DNA of 26,425 nucleotides from contig JBBTMW010000136.1 in assembly GCA_038067995.1 (NCBI GenBank), positions 1 to 26,425 on the forward strand. The letters run 5' to 3'. Within the stretch, counting starts at the first letter, position 1. Each line of letters opens with the position of its first letter. This DNA is from Candidatus Zixiibacteriota bacterium (GTDB lineage: Bacteria > Zixibacteria > MSB-5A5 > GN15 > FEB-12). A model generated the notes under the pieces. The model was not told where the DNA came from. It was given only the letters and a program-made list of their open reading frames with translations, and did no database searches. The translations under genes were made by a program, and so were the position numbers. Of this stretch, positions 1 through 6,752 are shown piece after piece.

Positions 1-213
1 GATTTTGAACAACCATGCCCGACAATTCGACCCCGGCTCGAATTTATCCCAGAACCGCCAGGCTTTTACATAGGTCTCCTGAACAAGGTCCTCGGCGTCG
101 CCGGAGTTCCTGGTCATCCTGAGAGCTGTGCGGTAGAGGGCGTCCATATGCGGCAGGGCTTCCTGCTCGAAATGTTTCCGCCTCTCGGCCTTCTGTACGC
201 CGTCGTTACTCAT
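1..213 (-). CDS. ECF RNA polymerase sigma factor, N-terminal part (runs off window start), SigH/SigR-like
   Basis: Not in the ORF track; translated by hand from ATG at 213: MSNDGVQKAERRKHFEQEALPHMDALYRTALRMTRNSGDAEDLVQETYVKAWRFWDKFEPGSNCRAWLFKI. This is typical ECF sigma region 2 (DAEDLVQET, F..G.N.RAWLF.I). Confidence 0.93.
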   Translation of the reverse strand, partial: MSNDGVQKAERRKHFEQEALPHMDALYRTALRMTRNSGDAEDLVQETYVKAWRFWDKFEPGSNCRAWLFKI

Positions 214-262
214 ATGAGCCTGCCTGATGTCCGATTCGATGGCGTACATACTCATGGTAAAA

Positions 263-288
263 AACACCACCGGCTACGGACAGGTTCC
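263..288 (-). promoter_or_regulatory. Putative ECF autoregulatory promoter GGAAC-N18-GTT
   Basis: Minus strand GGAAC (288-284), 18-nt spacer, GTT (265-263), about 50 nt upstream of the sigma ATG. Matches the SigR/SigH-type consensus. Confidence 0.5.
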
Positions 289-337
289 CGAAATTCGACT
301 GCAATCTGCAGTCTTTGGGACCATTCTGCGTTCTTTC

Positions 338-387
338 GTAAGTCGGTGTTCCGAACCCCCGGTATACCATGGGTTAGAAACCCGACA
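338..387 (+). repeat. GTAG-type REP-like hairpin, family B (GTAA variant)
   Basis: gtaagtcggtgttccgaa...agaaacccgaca; homologous to 497-547 and to the reverse complement of 4516-4562. Confidence 0.75.
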
Positions 388-395
388 TCCTTAAA

Positions 396-429
396 TCTGT
401 CATTCCCGCGAAGGCGGGAATCCAGTCCT
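396..429 (+). repeat. TGTC/CGTC-type palindromic repeat, family C
   Basis: tctgtcattcccgcgaaggcgggaatccagtcct; 34/34 identical to 13034-13067; hairpin attcccgc-gaag-gcgggaat. Confidence 0.9.
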
Positions 430-441
430 ATTCCTCGTTCC

Positions 442-478
442 GTGCGCGGTCTCGCCTTAAAGCGGAAATCCCGTCTGC
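442..478 (+). repeat. Palindromic repeat, family D (degenerate)
   Basis: gtgcgcggtctcgccttaaagcggaaatcccgtctgc aligns with 4410-4445 gtgcgcggtcccgcttcaaggcgggatctcgtctgc. Confidence 0.65.
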
Positions 479-496
479 TCGTCAATTCGAGTCTCT

Positions 497-547
497 GTAG
501 GTCGGCGTTCCGAACCTCCGGTGTCCCGGGGGGTGAGAAACCCGACA
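497..547 (+). repeat. GTAG-type REP-like hairpin, family B
   Basis: gtaggtcggcgttccgaa...gagaaacccgaca; GTAG tag plus gtcgg/ccgac stem. Confidence 0.8.
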
Positions 548-701
548 TTCTTGCGGCCAAAGCCGACCCGACAGTCCAAGATAGCAGGCCAATTTTGATG
601 ATACAAGCTAATCCGGCATGGGGGAGGCCGGTAGGGGGGGCGTCCGTCCCGTACTGAATGCAGGACTGTGGGATCAGTCAGGTGGGGGCCGGTCAACGAT
701 A

Positions 702-795
702 TGGCGACTGGCGCTGGTCGAGTTATGTCTGGTATATTGGGAAACGCGATGTGTCGATTGAGATTGATGAGTTTGAAGGGATTCGCCAAGAGTGA
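702..795 (+). pseudogene. 3' fragment of a second RAYT copy
   Basis: 703-795 translates GDWRWSSYVWYIGKRDVSIEIDEFEGIRQE* versus GDWRWSSYNWYIGKRDVPIEIDEFEWIRRE* at 18348-18440; 7 mismatches in 93 nt. Confidence 0.92.
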
Positions 796-804
796 AAATG
801 GATC

Positions 805-838
805 ACGGGAACCCACCTGAAAGGTGGGCCACCCCGCC
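805..838 (+). repeat. REP family A, intact (right end of the RAYT element)
   Basis: acgggaacccacctgaaaggtgggccaccc-cgcc, identical to 18451-18484; hairpin cccacct-gaa-aggtggg. Confidence 0.95.
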
Positions 839-1010
839 TGTTGAATTTGGTTTTAATCTCATGGAACAAGGCATGGTAGGTTCCTATAACTTCTATGATA
901 GAACCAAACCCGAACAACCTTTTTGGCAATTCGCGCCATGGACAGGGGAGTGGTCGAACCGAATATCCGCTTGGGCGAACAAAATCGCAGATTGGTGGAA
1001 CGGGAGATGA
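839..1010 (+). pseudogene. 5'-truncated C-terminal gene fragment, possibly a polymorphic-toxin CT
   Basis: Open frame VEFGFNLMEQGMVGSYNFYDRTKPEQPFWQFAPWTGEWSNRISAWANKIADWWNGR* starts at the REP edge. Its TGA overlaps the next ATG (ATGA, 1007-1010). Confidence 0.45.
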
Positions 1011-1324
1011 ATACAATAAAACTGTCTATAGTAATTGGGCTGGCTGTTTTCGTAGCGGCTATAATTCTATTGAATTGGCGTATTATAGGACCAGATGAAA
1101 TGTTGGTTGCAACTGGCCCAAGAACGGTGCCTGTATCATCGGAGGAAGAATGCTGGCCTCCAGCACCCGGTTCTATAATTGCAGAGCTTCTTCCGGGTGA
1201 CACAGCAAGAATCGCGGGTGACAAATATTTGAAGGAATGTTGGATAATCAAAATAGAGCTTTCAGACAATAGAAGTGGGTGGGTAACATCCGGAAACGAT
1301 TTTGAGATTATTGAAGCGCCATAA
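1007..1324 (+). CDS. Small membrane-anchored protein with SH3b-like domain (possible immunity protein)
   Basis: Likely start ATG 1007 (105 aa), coupled to the upstream stop. N-terminal TM LSIVIGLAVFVAAIILL; SH3-like pattern IIAELLPGDTARI...WIIKIELSDNRSGWV. Confidence 0.7.
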   Translation: MNTIKLSIVIGLAVFVAAIILLNWRIIGPDEMLVATGPRTVPVSSEEECWPPAPGSIIAELLPGDTARIAGDKYLKECWIIKIELSDNRSGWVTSGNDFEIIEAP

Positions 1325-1436
1325 TGGAGAGCAGTACATTGGAACTTCATACGGAGAGTCCGCCTCAGATTTTTGGGCTGGCAAGTACAATGAGAGTGGA
1401 AATATATCTTATGGCATTATGGGAAGCTTTTCGACG
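1323..1436 (+). pseudogene. Start-less fragment resembling an Rhs pre-toxin segment, truncated at a REP
   Basis: Frame from 1323: NGEQYIGTSYGESASDFWAGKYNESGNISYGIMGSF. From memory it resembles the YGE.A...WA......GN..Y...G.F segment of Rhs proteins; not verified by search. Confidence 0.35.
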
Positions 1437-1640
1437 GGGTGGCCCACCTTTCAGGGCTTGTTGAAAAAGTGGTGAAGATGCAAAATTGGCGAAGCGTGTC
1501 ACGGAACGTCGCATCGAGCGGAGACGAGATGCGTTGTCTTTCAAACGATTAGAGAAGTCGATGGAGGAAGAGTGTCCCGACTCCGCTCGACACGACACAC
1601 AAAGAGGGGTAATTCAACAAGCCCTTCAGGTGGGTTCCCG
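1437..1640 (+). repeat. REP family A copy split by a mini-element
   Basis: gggtggcccacct-ttca [insert] ttca-ggtgggttcccg. Removing the insert and one ttca restores the REP at 17822-17850. Confidence 0.92.
1454..1624. mobile_element. MITE-like element 1 (171 bp) in the REP-A loop
   Basis: TIR gggcttgttgaaaaa (1454-1468) / taattcaacaagccc (1610-1624), 13/15 match with 12 bp perfect. TTCA duplicated at 1450-1453 and 1625-1628. No internal transposase. Confidence 0.88.
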
Positions 1641-1652
1641 CGTAGAAGATTT

Positions 1653-1665
1653 TGTCGGGTTTCTC
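1653..1665 (-). repeat. Half copy of family B repeat
   Basis: tgtcgggtttctc is identical to 4516-4528; the other arm is missing. Confidence 0.4.
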
Positions 1666-1672
1666 TCCCGCC

Positions 1673-3907
1673 TCACCCCACCACCTTCAGCTTCGCGAAG
1701 CGGGCCATGATCTTCTTGGTGCCTATCCCCGTGAAGCTGATTTCAAGCTTCAGTGAATCCCCCACCCCTTCAGTTGTGACAATTCTGCCCCGTCCAAATG
1801 TCGGATGGTGCACCACCCGCCCGGGATGAAATGTCTCATTCTCTTCATACACATAATGCACCCCTGCCTCTTGCGGTCGTTGCGAGGGGAGAGGCTGTTG
1901 CATTGGTCGCGCCTGAGTTGCCGACGGCAAACTGTACATCCCCTGCCGTCTGAAATCGATCTTCTCAATCAGTTCCTGCGGCGTCTCCCGAATGAACCGC
2001 GACGGTATTGAGTCGACCGCCCCAAAGCGATGGCGCATCACAGCGCAGGTGAGATACAGCTTTTTTCTCGCCCGAGTCGCACCGACATAAAAGAGACGCC
2101 GTTCTTCTTCAATCTGCTTCGGCTCAGCGATGCTTCGCTCGAATGGAAAAATGCCCTCTTCGAGTCCGACCAGAAAAACCGTGTCGTACTCCAACCCCTT
2201 GGCGCTGTGGATGGTCATCAGGGTTATCTTGTTTTCAATCTCTTTGTAGATATCGAGATCGGTAAAGAGGGAAATGTCGGCCAGATATTGCGCGAGAGTG
2301 GAAGACGGATTGTGGGTGCTGTACTCGGAGATACCCTCGATAAATGTCTCGATATTCTCAATTTTCGTCTGGCCGGTGACCTTGTCCTCGCTCAATAATT
2401 CCTGCACCAGCCCCAGTTCCTCGACTATATCCTGAACGAGCACGGCAACCGGCTTGGTGTCGGCTGTCTCGCGATGTTTCTCTATCAGCCCGGCAAAGGC
2501 CATCAGCGCTTTAGCCTTGGCACCGAGGGGTGCATGCTGATTCGCCATCCCTGCCGTTTCGAGGAGACTGCTCCCCGATGCCCGCGCGATGGTGGTCAGC
2601 TCTTCAATCGTCCTGTCGCCGATACCGCGCTTGGGAAAATTGACAACCCGATTAAATGAGATATCGTCTTTCGGATTCACAATCAGCTTGAGATAGGCAA
2701 GAAGATCTTTGATCTCCTTACGTTGATAAAATGCCAATCCACCGACTATTTGATAGGGGATATTGCGACGGCGCAGTTGTTCTTCAAAGGCGCGCGACTG
2801 GGCATTGGTGCGATAAAGAATCACCATATCCGATAGCCGTGAGGTTTCCCCACGTCGCACGACAATATCAACGACATGTCTCGCCTCATCTTCGGCAGAA
2901 TCGGTAATCAAAAGCGAAAGAGGGTCCCCGCCCTTGAGGGCTGTCCAAAGGGTCTTTCCTTTGCGCGATTCGTTGTTGGCAATGACTCCCGAGGCCGCCG
3001 CCAGAATCGTATGGGTCGAGCGGTAATTCTGTTCGAGCTTGATGATCTTGGCTCCGGGATAATCGCGCTCAAAATCAAGAATGTTCCGAATGTCGGCGCC
3101 ACGCCATCCATAGATCGACTGGTCTTCATCCCCAACGACACAGATGTTGTTATGAGAATCGAGTAGATATTTCAGAAGTAGATACTGCACATGGTTGGTG
3201 TCCTGATATTCATCGACAAGGAGATAACGAAACCGTTCGCGCCAGTTCTTCGCGACTTCGGGATTGTCGCGCAGGAGCAGAACCGAGTTGACCAGCAGGT
3301 CATCGAAATCCATAGCGTCGCATTCCCGCAATCGCTTTTCATAGAGGGCATAGATTTTGGCGGTGGCATTCTCAAAGTAGCCTCCGGCCTGCGACAAATA
3401 GGTGGTTGCACCCACCAGCTTATTCTTAAGGTCGGAGATTTTTCGCATCTGGGCGCGCGGTGCGAACTGTGTCCCCGCGAGGCCAAGTTCCTTGATGCTG
3501 TTCTTGATTACCGTCTCTGAATCACCGGCGTCGAAAACCGTGAACTGGTTGTCATAGCCGATACGCACCGCCTCGCGGCGCAGAAGTCGTGAGCAGAAGG
3601 AATGAAAAGTCGAGACCTGAAGCCCCCCAATCTCTCCACCCATCAGTTCGGCGACCCGGTCACGCATCTCACCGGCGGCCTTGTTGGTGAATGTCACCGC
3701 CAGCAGTTGATAGGGAGTGGCCTTCCGTTCGGTCAGCAAATAGGCCAGACGGCGTGTCAGCACACGGGTTTTCCCTGACCCTGCCCCCGCTATCACCAGA
3801 AGAGGGCCATCGGTGGTGATCACAGCCGCGCGTTGTTCGGGATTGAGGTCGTCGAGTAATCGATTCATCTGCTCTGAATATACCGGATTGTGCTCAGCGC
3901 GAAACAA
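1673..3907 (-). CDS. pcrA: ATP-dependent DNA helicase PcrA/UvrD
   Basis: LNPEQ..AV, Walker A IAGAGSGKT, VTFTNKAA, LVDEYQDTN, VGDEDQSIYGWRGA, LEQNYRS, TIHSAKGLEY, EERRLFYVGATRA, and C-terminal HPTFGRG domain. Start is TTG 3907 or ATG 3868. Confidence 0.97.
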   Translation of the reverse strand: MFRAEHNPVYSEQMNRLLDDLNPEQRAAVITTDGPLLVIAGAGSGKTRVLTRRLAYLLTERKATPYQLLAVTFTNKAAGEMRDRVAELMGGEIGGLQVSTFHSFCSRLLRREAVRIGYDNQFTVFDAGDSETVIKNSIKELGLAGTQFAPRAQMRKISDLKNKLVGATTYLSQAGGYFENATAKIYALYEKRLRECDAMDFDDLLVNSVLLLRDNPEVAKNWRERFRYLLVDEYQDTNHVQYLLLKYLLDSHNNICVVGDEDQSIYGWRGADIRNILDFERDYPGAKIIKLEQNYRSTHTILAAASGVIANNESRKGKTLWTALKGGDPLSLLITDSAEDEARHVVDIVVRRGETSRLSDMVILYRTNAQSRAFEEQLRRRNIPYQIVGGLAFYQRKEIKDLLAYLKLIVNPKDDISFNRVVNFPKRGIGDRTIEELTTIARASGSSLLETAGMANQHAPLGAKAKALMAFAGLIEKHRETADTKPVAVLVQDIVEELGLVQELLSEDKVTGQTKIENIETFIEGISEYSTHNPSSTLAQYLADISLFTDLDIYKEIENKITLMTIHSAKGLEYDTVFLVGLEEGIFPFERSIAEPKQIEEERRLFYVGATRARKKLYLTCAVMRHRFGAVDSIPSRFIRETPQELIEKIDFRRQGMYSLPSATQARPMQQPLPSQRPQEAGVHYVYEENETFHPGRVVHHPTFGRGRIVTTEGVGDSLKLEISFTGIGTKKIMARFAKLKVVG

Positions 3908-3956
3908 TCACGAGCGCGATTGTCTCCTCTTTTCATTTGACGCAATTGACCGCCAC

Positions 3957-3987
3957 AAAAAAAGCCCCGCCATTCGGCGAGGCTTTC
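3957..3987 (-). terminator. Rho-independent terminator after rpmA
   Basis: Minus strand gcctcgcc-gaat-ggcggggc followed by T7. Confidence 0.85.
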
Positions 3988-4009
3988 TTCAAATTCATTT
4001 GAATTCAGC

Positions 4010-4261
4010 TTAAGGATAGACTGAAACCTTCTTGCCGTCCTTGCCGACACGCTCAAATTTGACGACACCGGTGATCTTGGCAAAAAGGGTATTGTCACGG
4101 CCGATGCCGACATTGTACCCCGGTTTTATGGGGGTGCCGACCTGGCGAACGATTATGGAGCCAGCCAGAATCGCTTGTCCGCCAAACACTTTCGTGCCAC
4201 GACGTTGTGAGTTTGAGTCGCGGCCGTTCTTTGATGATCCTACGCCTTTTTTATGGGCCAT
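4010..4261 (-). CDS. rpmA: 50S ribosomal protein L27 (bL27)
   Basis: [24 protein letters not shown]...[10 protein letters not shown]...G.GRDNTLFA signature. Confidence 0.98.
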   Translation of the reverse strand: MAHKKGVGSSKNGRDSNSQRRGTKVFGGQAILAGSIIVRQVGTPIKPGYNVGIGRDNTLFAKITGVVKFERVGKDGKKVSVYP

Positions 4262-4334
4262 ACTATTCCTCTATCGACAATTATGTTCGGTTAATACAGG
4301 CCGACGACCCGAGAGAGGCCTTCGGCAGTTTGCT

Positions 4335-4363
4335 ATTATAATGCCCAACCGGCATTTTGGCAA
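4335..4363 (-). promoter_or_regulatory. Sigma70-type promoter for rpmA
   Basis: Minus strand TTGCCA (4363-4358), 17 nt, TATAAT (4340-4335). Confidence 0.75.
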
Positions 4364-4409
4364 GAGGGGGAATTGTTTCAAAAGTCGCCCTGAACATCCT
4401 GGCTCATGT

Positions 4410-4445
4410 GTGCGCGGTCCCGCTTCAAGGCGGGATCTCGTCTGC
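4410..4445 (+). repeat. Palindromic repeat, family D
   Basis: Homologous to 442-478; hairpin tcccgc-ttcaag-gcggga. Confidence 0.65.
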
Positions 4446-4459
4446 CCGGTCCCACCCAT

Positions 4460-4509
4460 GTCATTCCCGACAAGTCCCCGCGTGAGCGGGGACGCAGAGC
4501 GGGAATCTA
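4460..4509 (+). repeat. Branched TGTC-type repeat (family C') with inner GNRA hairpin
   Basis: gtcattcccga-caagt-ccccgc-GTGA-gcgggg-acgca-gagcgggaatcta; same architecture as the reverse complement of 14346-14398. Confidence 0.7.
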
Positions 4510-4515
4510 TCTAAG

Positions 4516-4568
4516 TGTCGGGTTTCTCGTTCGGCATAGCCTCACTCGGAACACCGACCTACGAAGAA
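4516..4568 (-). repeat. GTAG-type REP-like hairpin, family B
   Basis: Reverse complement ttcttc-gtaggtcggtgttccga...gagaaacccgaca matches 338-387 and 497-547. Confidence 0.8.
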
Positions 4569-4682
4569 AATCTTGACATGTGTGAGAAAGTCATAAAAAC
4601 CCTAATTGACTTTTCATTCCCCGGCTTATAATCGTATGCTTATGACATTATTGCGACAGTGAGCACCAAGGAAAGGCAATCC

Positions 4683-5372
4683 ATGAAAACCATCGGACTC
4701 ATCGGCGGAATGACCTGGGTGTCGACCGCGGAGTATTACTCCATTATTAATCGAATCGTTAATCAGCGTTTGGGGGGAGTGCATTCGGCAAGAATACAGA
4801 TGCGATCCCTCGATTTTGGGGAAATCAAAGACTGCATCGACCGCAACGATTGGCGAGCAATTGCCGAAATAATGGTTTCCGCCGCAAAGTCTCTTGAACT
4901 TTCTGGGGCCGATTGCATTGTCCTGTGCGCCAATACCGCGCACAAAGTGTCACATGAAGTGCGCAAGGCTTCGAGATTACCGTTGATTCACATCGCCGAA
5001 GTAACCGCGCAGGCTCTCACGAACGCCGGTATCACCAAGGCTGGCCTGCTCGGCACAAACTTCACGATGATGGATTCATTTTTCAGGGATGCCCTCGCAA
5101 AGGAGGGGATCGAGGCGTTGGTCCCGGGGGACGATGATCGCGCATTTATTCATAATTCGATTTTTGATGAATTGGGGAAAGAGATATTCTCACCATCGAC
5201 AAAATCCCGCTATCTCAATATCATCGACAGCCTCGCGCAACAGGGGGCCGAAGGGGTCATTCTGGCATGCACCGAGATTCCGTTACTTATCAAACCCAAA
5301 GACTGCACTCTTCCGCTTTTCAACACCACCGAAATCCACTCCCAAGCGGCGGTGGATTTCGCGCTGGAATAG
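4683..5372 (+). CDS. Aspartate/glutamate racemase family protein (YgeA/RacX-like)
   Basis: MKTIGLIGGMTW start after an AAGGAAAGG RBS; two catalytic Cys motifs, LCANTAH and LACTEIP. Confidence 0.93.
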   Translation: MKTIGLIGGMTWVSTAEYYSIINRIVNQRLGGVHSARIQMRSLDFGEIKDCIDRNDWRAIAEIMVSAAKSLELSGADCIVLCANTAHKVSHEVRKASRLPLIHIAEVTAQALTNAGITKAGLLGTNFTMMDSFFRDALAKEGIEALVPGDDDRAFIHNSIFDELGKEIFSPSTKSRYLNIIDSLAQQGAEGVILACTEIPLLIKPKDCTLPLFNTTEIHSQAAVDFALE

Positions 5373-5385
5373 CTGGCAAAATTAG

Positions 5386-5412
5386 GTAGGGTGGAATCTA
5401 ATGGGTTCCGCC
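5386..5412 (+). repeat. Degenerate GTAG-tagged hairpin
   Basis: gtag-ggtggaa-tctaatggg-ttccgcc just after the racemase stop; single copy in the window. Confidence 0.35.
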
Positions 5413-5439
5413 TCTTGTTACTTCCGGCCCGAGCCCCAC

Positions 5440-5468
5440 TTGACGCCTTGATCGACGCACTCTATTAT
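5440..5468 (+). promoter_or_regulatory. Sigma70-type promoter for the propeller lipoprotein
   Basis: TTGACG, 17 nt, TATTAT. Confidence 0.7.
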
Positions 5469-5536
5469 TAGACGAATAAGAACACTTTCAGCGAGCGCCA
5501 CCTGATTCGGCATGCGTTCGAAATAAGAAGAATTAT

Positions 5537-6652
5537 ATGCATTCATCGAGAGTTTCACTTCTTCAAGCCGCCAGCATCGCGATCATTGTGAGCATATTCA
5601 TTGTCAGTTGTTCAGAGGATGACAAATCAGTCGCCCCGACCCACCAATATGCTTGGGCATCCCTCGGTTCGGGAATGAATGGCAGGGTCAGCTACTGCAC
5701 CGTCTATGGAAATAAGTTAATAGCAGGGGGTGATTTCACCAACGCAGGTGGAGTCGGAGCATCCTCCATTGCGGCTTGGGGAGGATCGTCTTGGGCTCCA
5801 CTCGGTGCAGGTATTTGGGGTGCACTGTTTAATATCACTCCTTATGATAGCAAACTTATCGCAGGCGGAGTATTCGACAGCGCTGGAGTAGTAGCGGCAA
5901 ATAGTATTGCAGCGTGGGATGGTTCGTCGTGGTTTCCTCTTGGAACGGGCGTAGATGCTGTGGGTCCGTGGGCCGGGGTACTTGCTCAGACCGTTTACGA
6001 CAACAAGCTCATTGTAGGTGGAGATTTCGATAGCGCTGGTGGATTAAGTGCGAATCGAATTGCGGCTTGGGATGGCTTAGCTTGGTCGCTTATCAGTACT
6101 GGAATGAGCCATAACGTCTCGGCCCTTACAGTTTATGGCAACAAGCTTATAGCGGGTGGTTCTTTCGACAGCGCCGGTGGAGTAGAAGCGCATTCTATCG
6201 CAGCTTGGGACGGATTGTCTTGGGAGCCTCTTGGTGCAGGAGTAGCTGGAAAGTATGGCTGGGTATTTGCTCTTACCGTTTATGATAACAAGTTGATTGT
6301 AGGGGGAATATTCGATAGCGCCGGTGGTGTGGCCGCGAACAATATTGCGGCATGGGACGGTTCGTCGTGGGCCGCGCTGGGTGCTGGAATAACGGGAACT
6401 TTCAGCGATGTTAATGCCCTCACTACTTTTAACAATAGGCTGGTTGTCGGAGGATACTTTCTCACCGCTGGCGGAGTCAATGCGAGTCACATAGCTACTT
6501 GGGACGGCTCATCGTGGGCTCCTCTCGGTATGGGAATGAATGCCGAGGTACGGACTCTTACAGTCTATGGTAATAGGCTGATTGCCGGGGGAGATTTCGA
6601 AACCGCTGGTGGGGTAAATGTAAACTATATTGCGGCCTGGGGTCTCCAATAG
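5537..6652 (+). CDS. Predicted lipoprotein with seven ~46-51 aa repeats (likely 7-bladed beta-propeller)
   Basis: Lipobox-like IVSC after a hydrophobic stretch; 7 repeats of W..LG.G....V..LTVY.NKLI.GG.F..AGG..A..IAAWDG. Confidence 0.85.
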   Translation: MHSSRVSLLQAASIAIIVSIFIVSCSEDDKSVAPTHQYAWASLGSGMNGRVSYCTVYGNKLIAGGDFTNAGGVGASSIAAWGGSSWAPLGAGIWGALFNITPYDSKLIAGGVFDSAGVVAANSIAAWDGSSWFPLGTGVDAVGPWAGVLAQTVYDNKLIVGGDFDSAGGLSANRIAAWDGLAWSLISTGMSHNVSALTVYGNKLIAGGSFDSAGGVEAHSIAAWDGLSWEPLGAGVAGKYGWVFALTVYDNKLIVGGIFDSAGGVAANNIAAWDGSSWAALGAGITGTFSDVNALTTFNNRLVVGGYFLTAGGVNASHIATWDGSSWAPLGMGMNAEVRTLTVYGNRLIAGGDFETAGGVNVNYIAAWGLQ

Positions 6653-6700
6653 AGCTGAATCGCAGTTCAACTTCCAACTATTTCTAGTCAGCCACTTCAC

Positions 6701-6730
6701 AAAAAAAGCCCCGCATACACGGGGCTTTCT
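6701..6730 (-). terminator. Rho-independent terminator after clpC (between convergent genes)
   Basis: Minus strand gccccg-tgtatg-cggggc followed by T7. Confidence 0.85.
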
Positions 6731-6752
6731 CAATTCAGAAATAAGCAGGGTT

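Noticed and set aside
601-633. IQANPAWGRPV as a remnant of another Y1 transposase (YI..NP..GLV)
   Set aside because: Only an 8-nt exact DNA match to the RAYT and not collinear with the fragment at 702; too weak to call.
836-848. gcctgttgaattt as a fourth MITE terminus
   Set aside because: Only partial similarity to the TIR, no partner end, not in the REP loop, and it lies in a plausible coding frame.
923-1006. Upstream start at 923 for the SH3-like gene
   Set aside because: It would bury the TM segment and overlap another open frame; ATG 1007 is coupled to the upstream stop.
148-1016. ORFs 148-657, 252-560, 457-816 and 723-1016
   Set aside because: They run through palindromic repeats or antisense to the sigma gene and the RAYT fragment, and show no recognisable protein features.
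1365-1829. ORFs 1365-1598, 1486-1710 and 1572-1829
   Set aside because: Read-through of the REP/MITE composite and antisense pcrA; no transposase motifs.
4606-4632. TTGACT...TATAAT promoter for the racemase gene
   Set aside because: The spacer is only 15 nt; possible, but not supportable from sequence alone.
5640-6650. DNA-level near-tandem repeats as a diversity-generating or mobile array
   Set aside because: They are in-frame protein repeats of one propeller gene; no reverse transcriptase or TR/VR pair is present.
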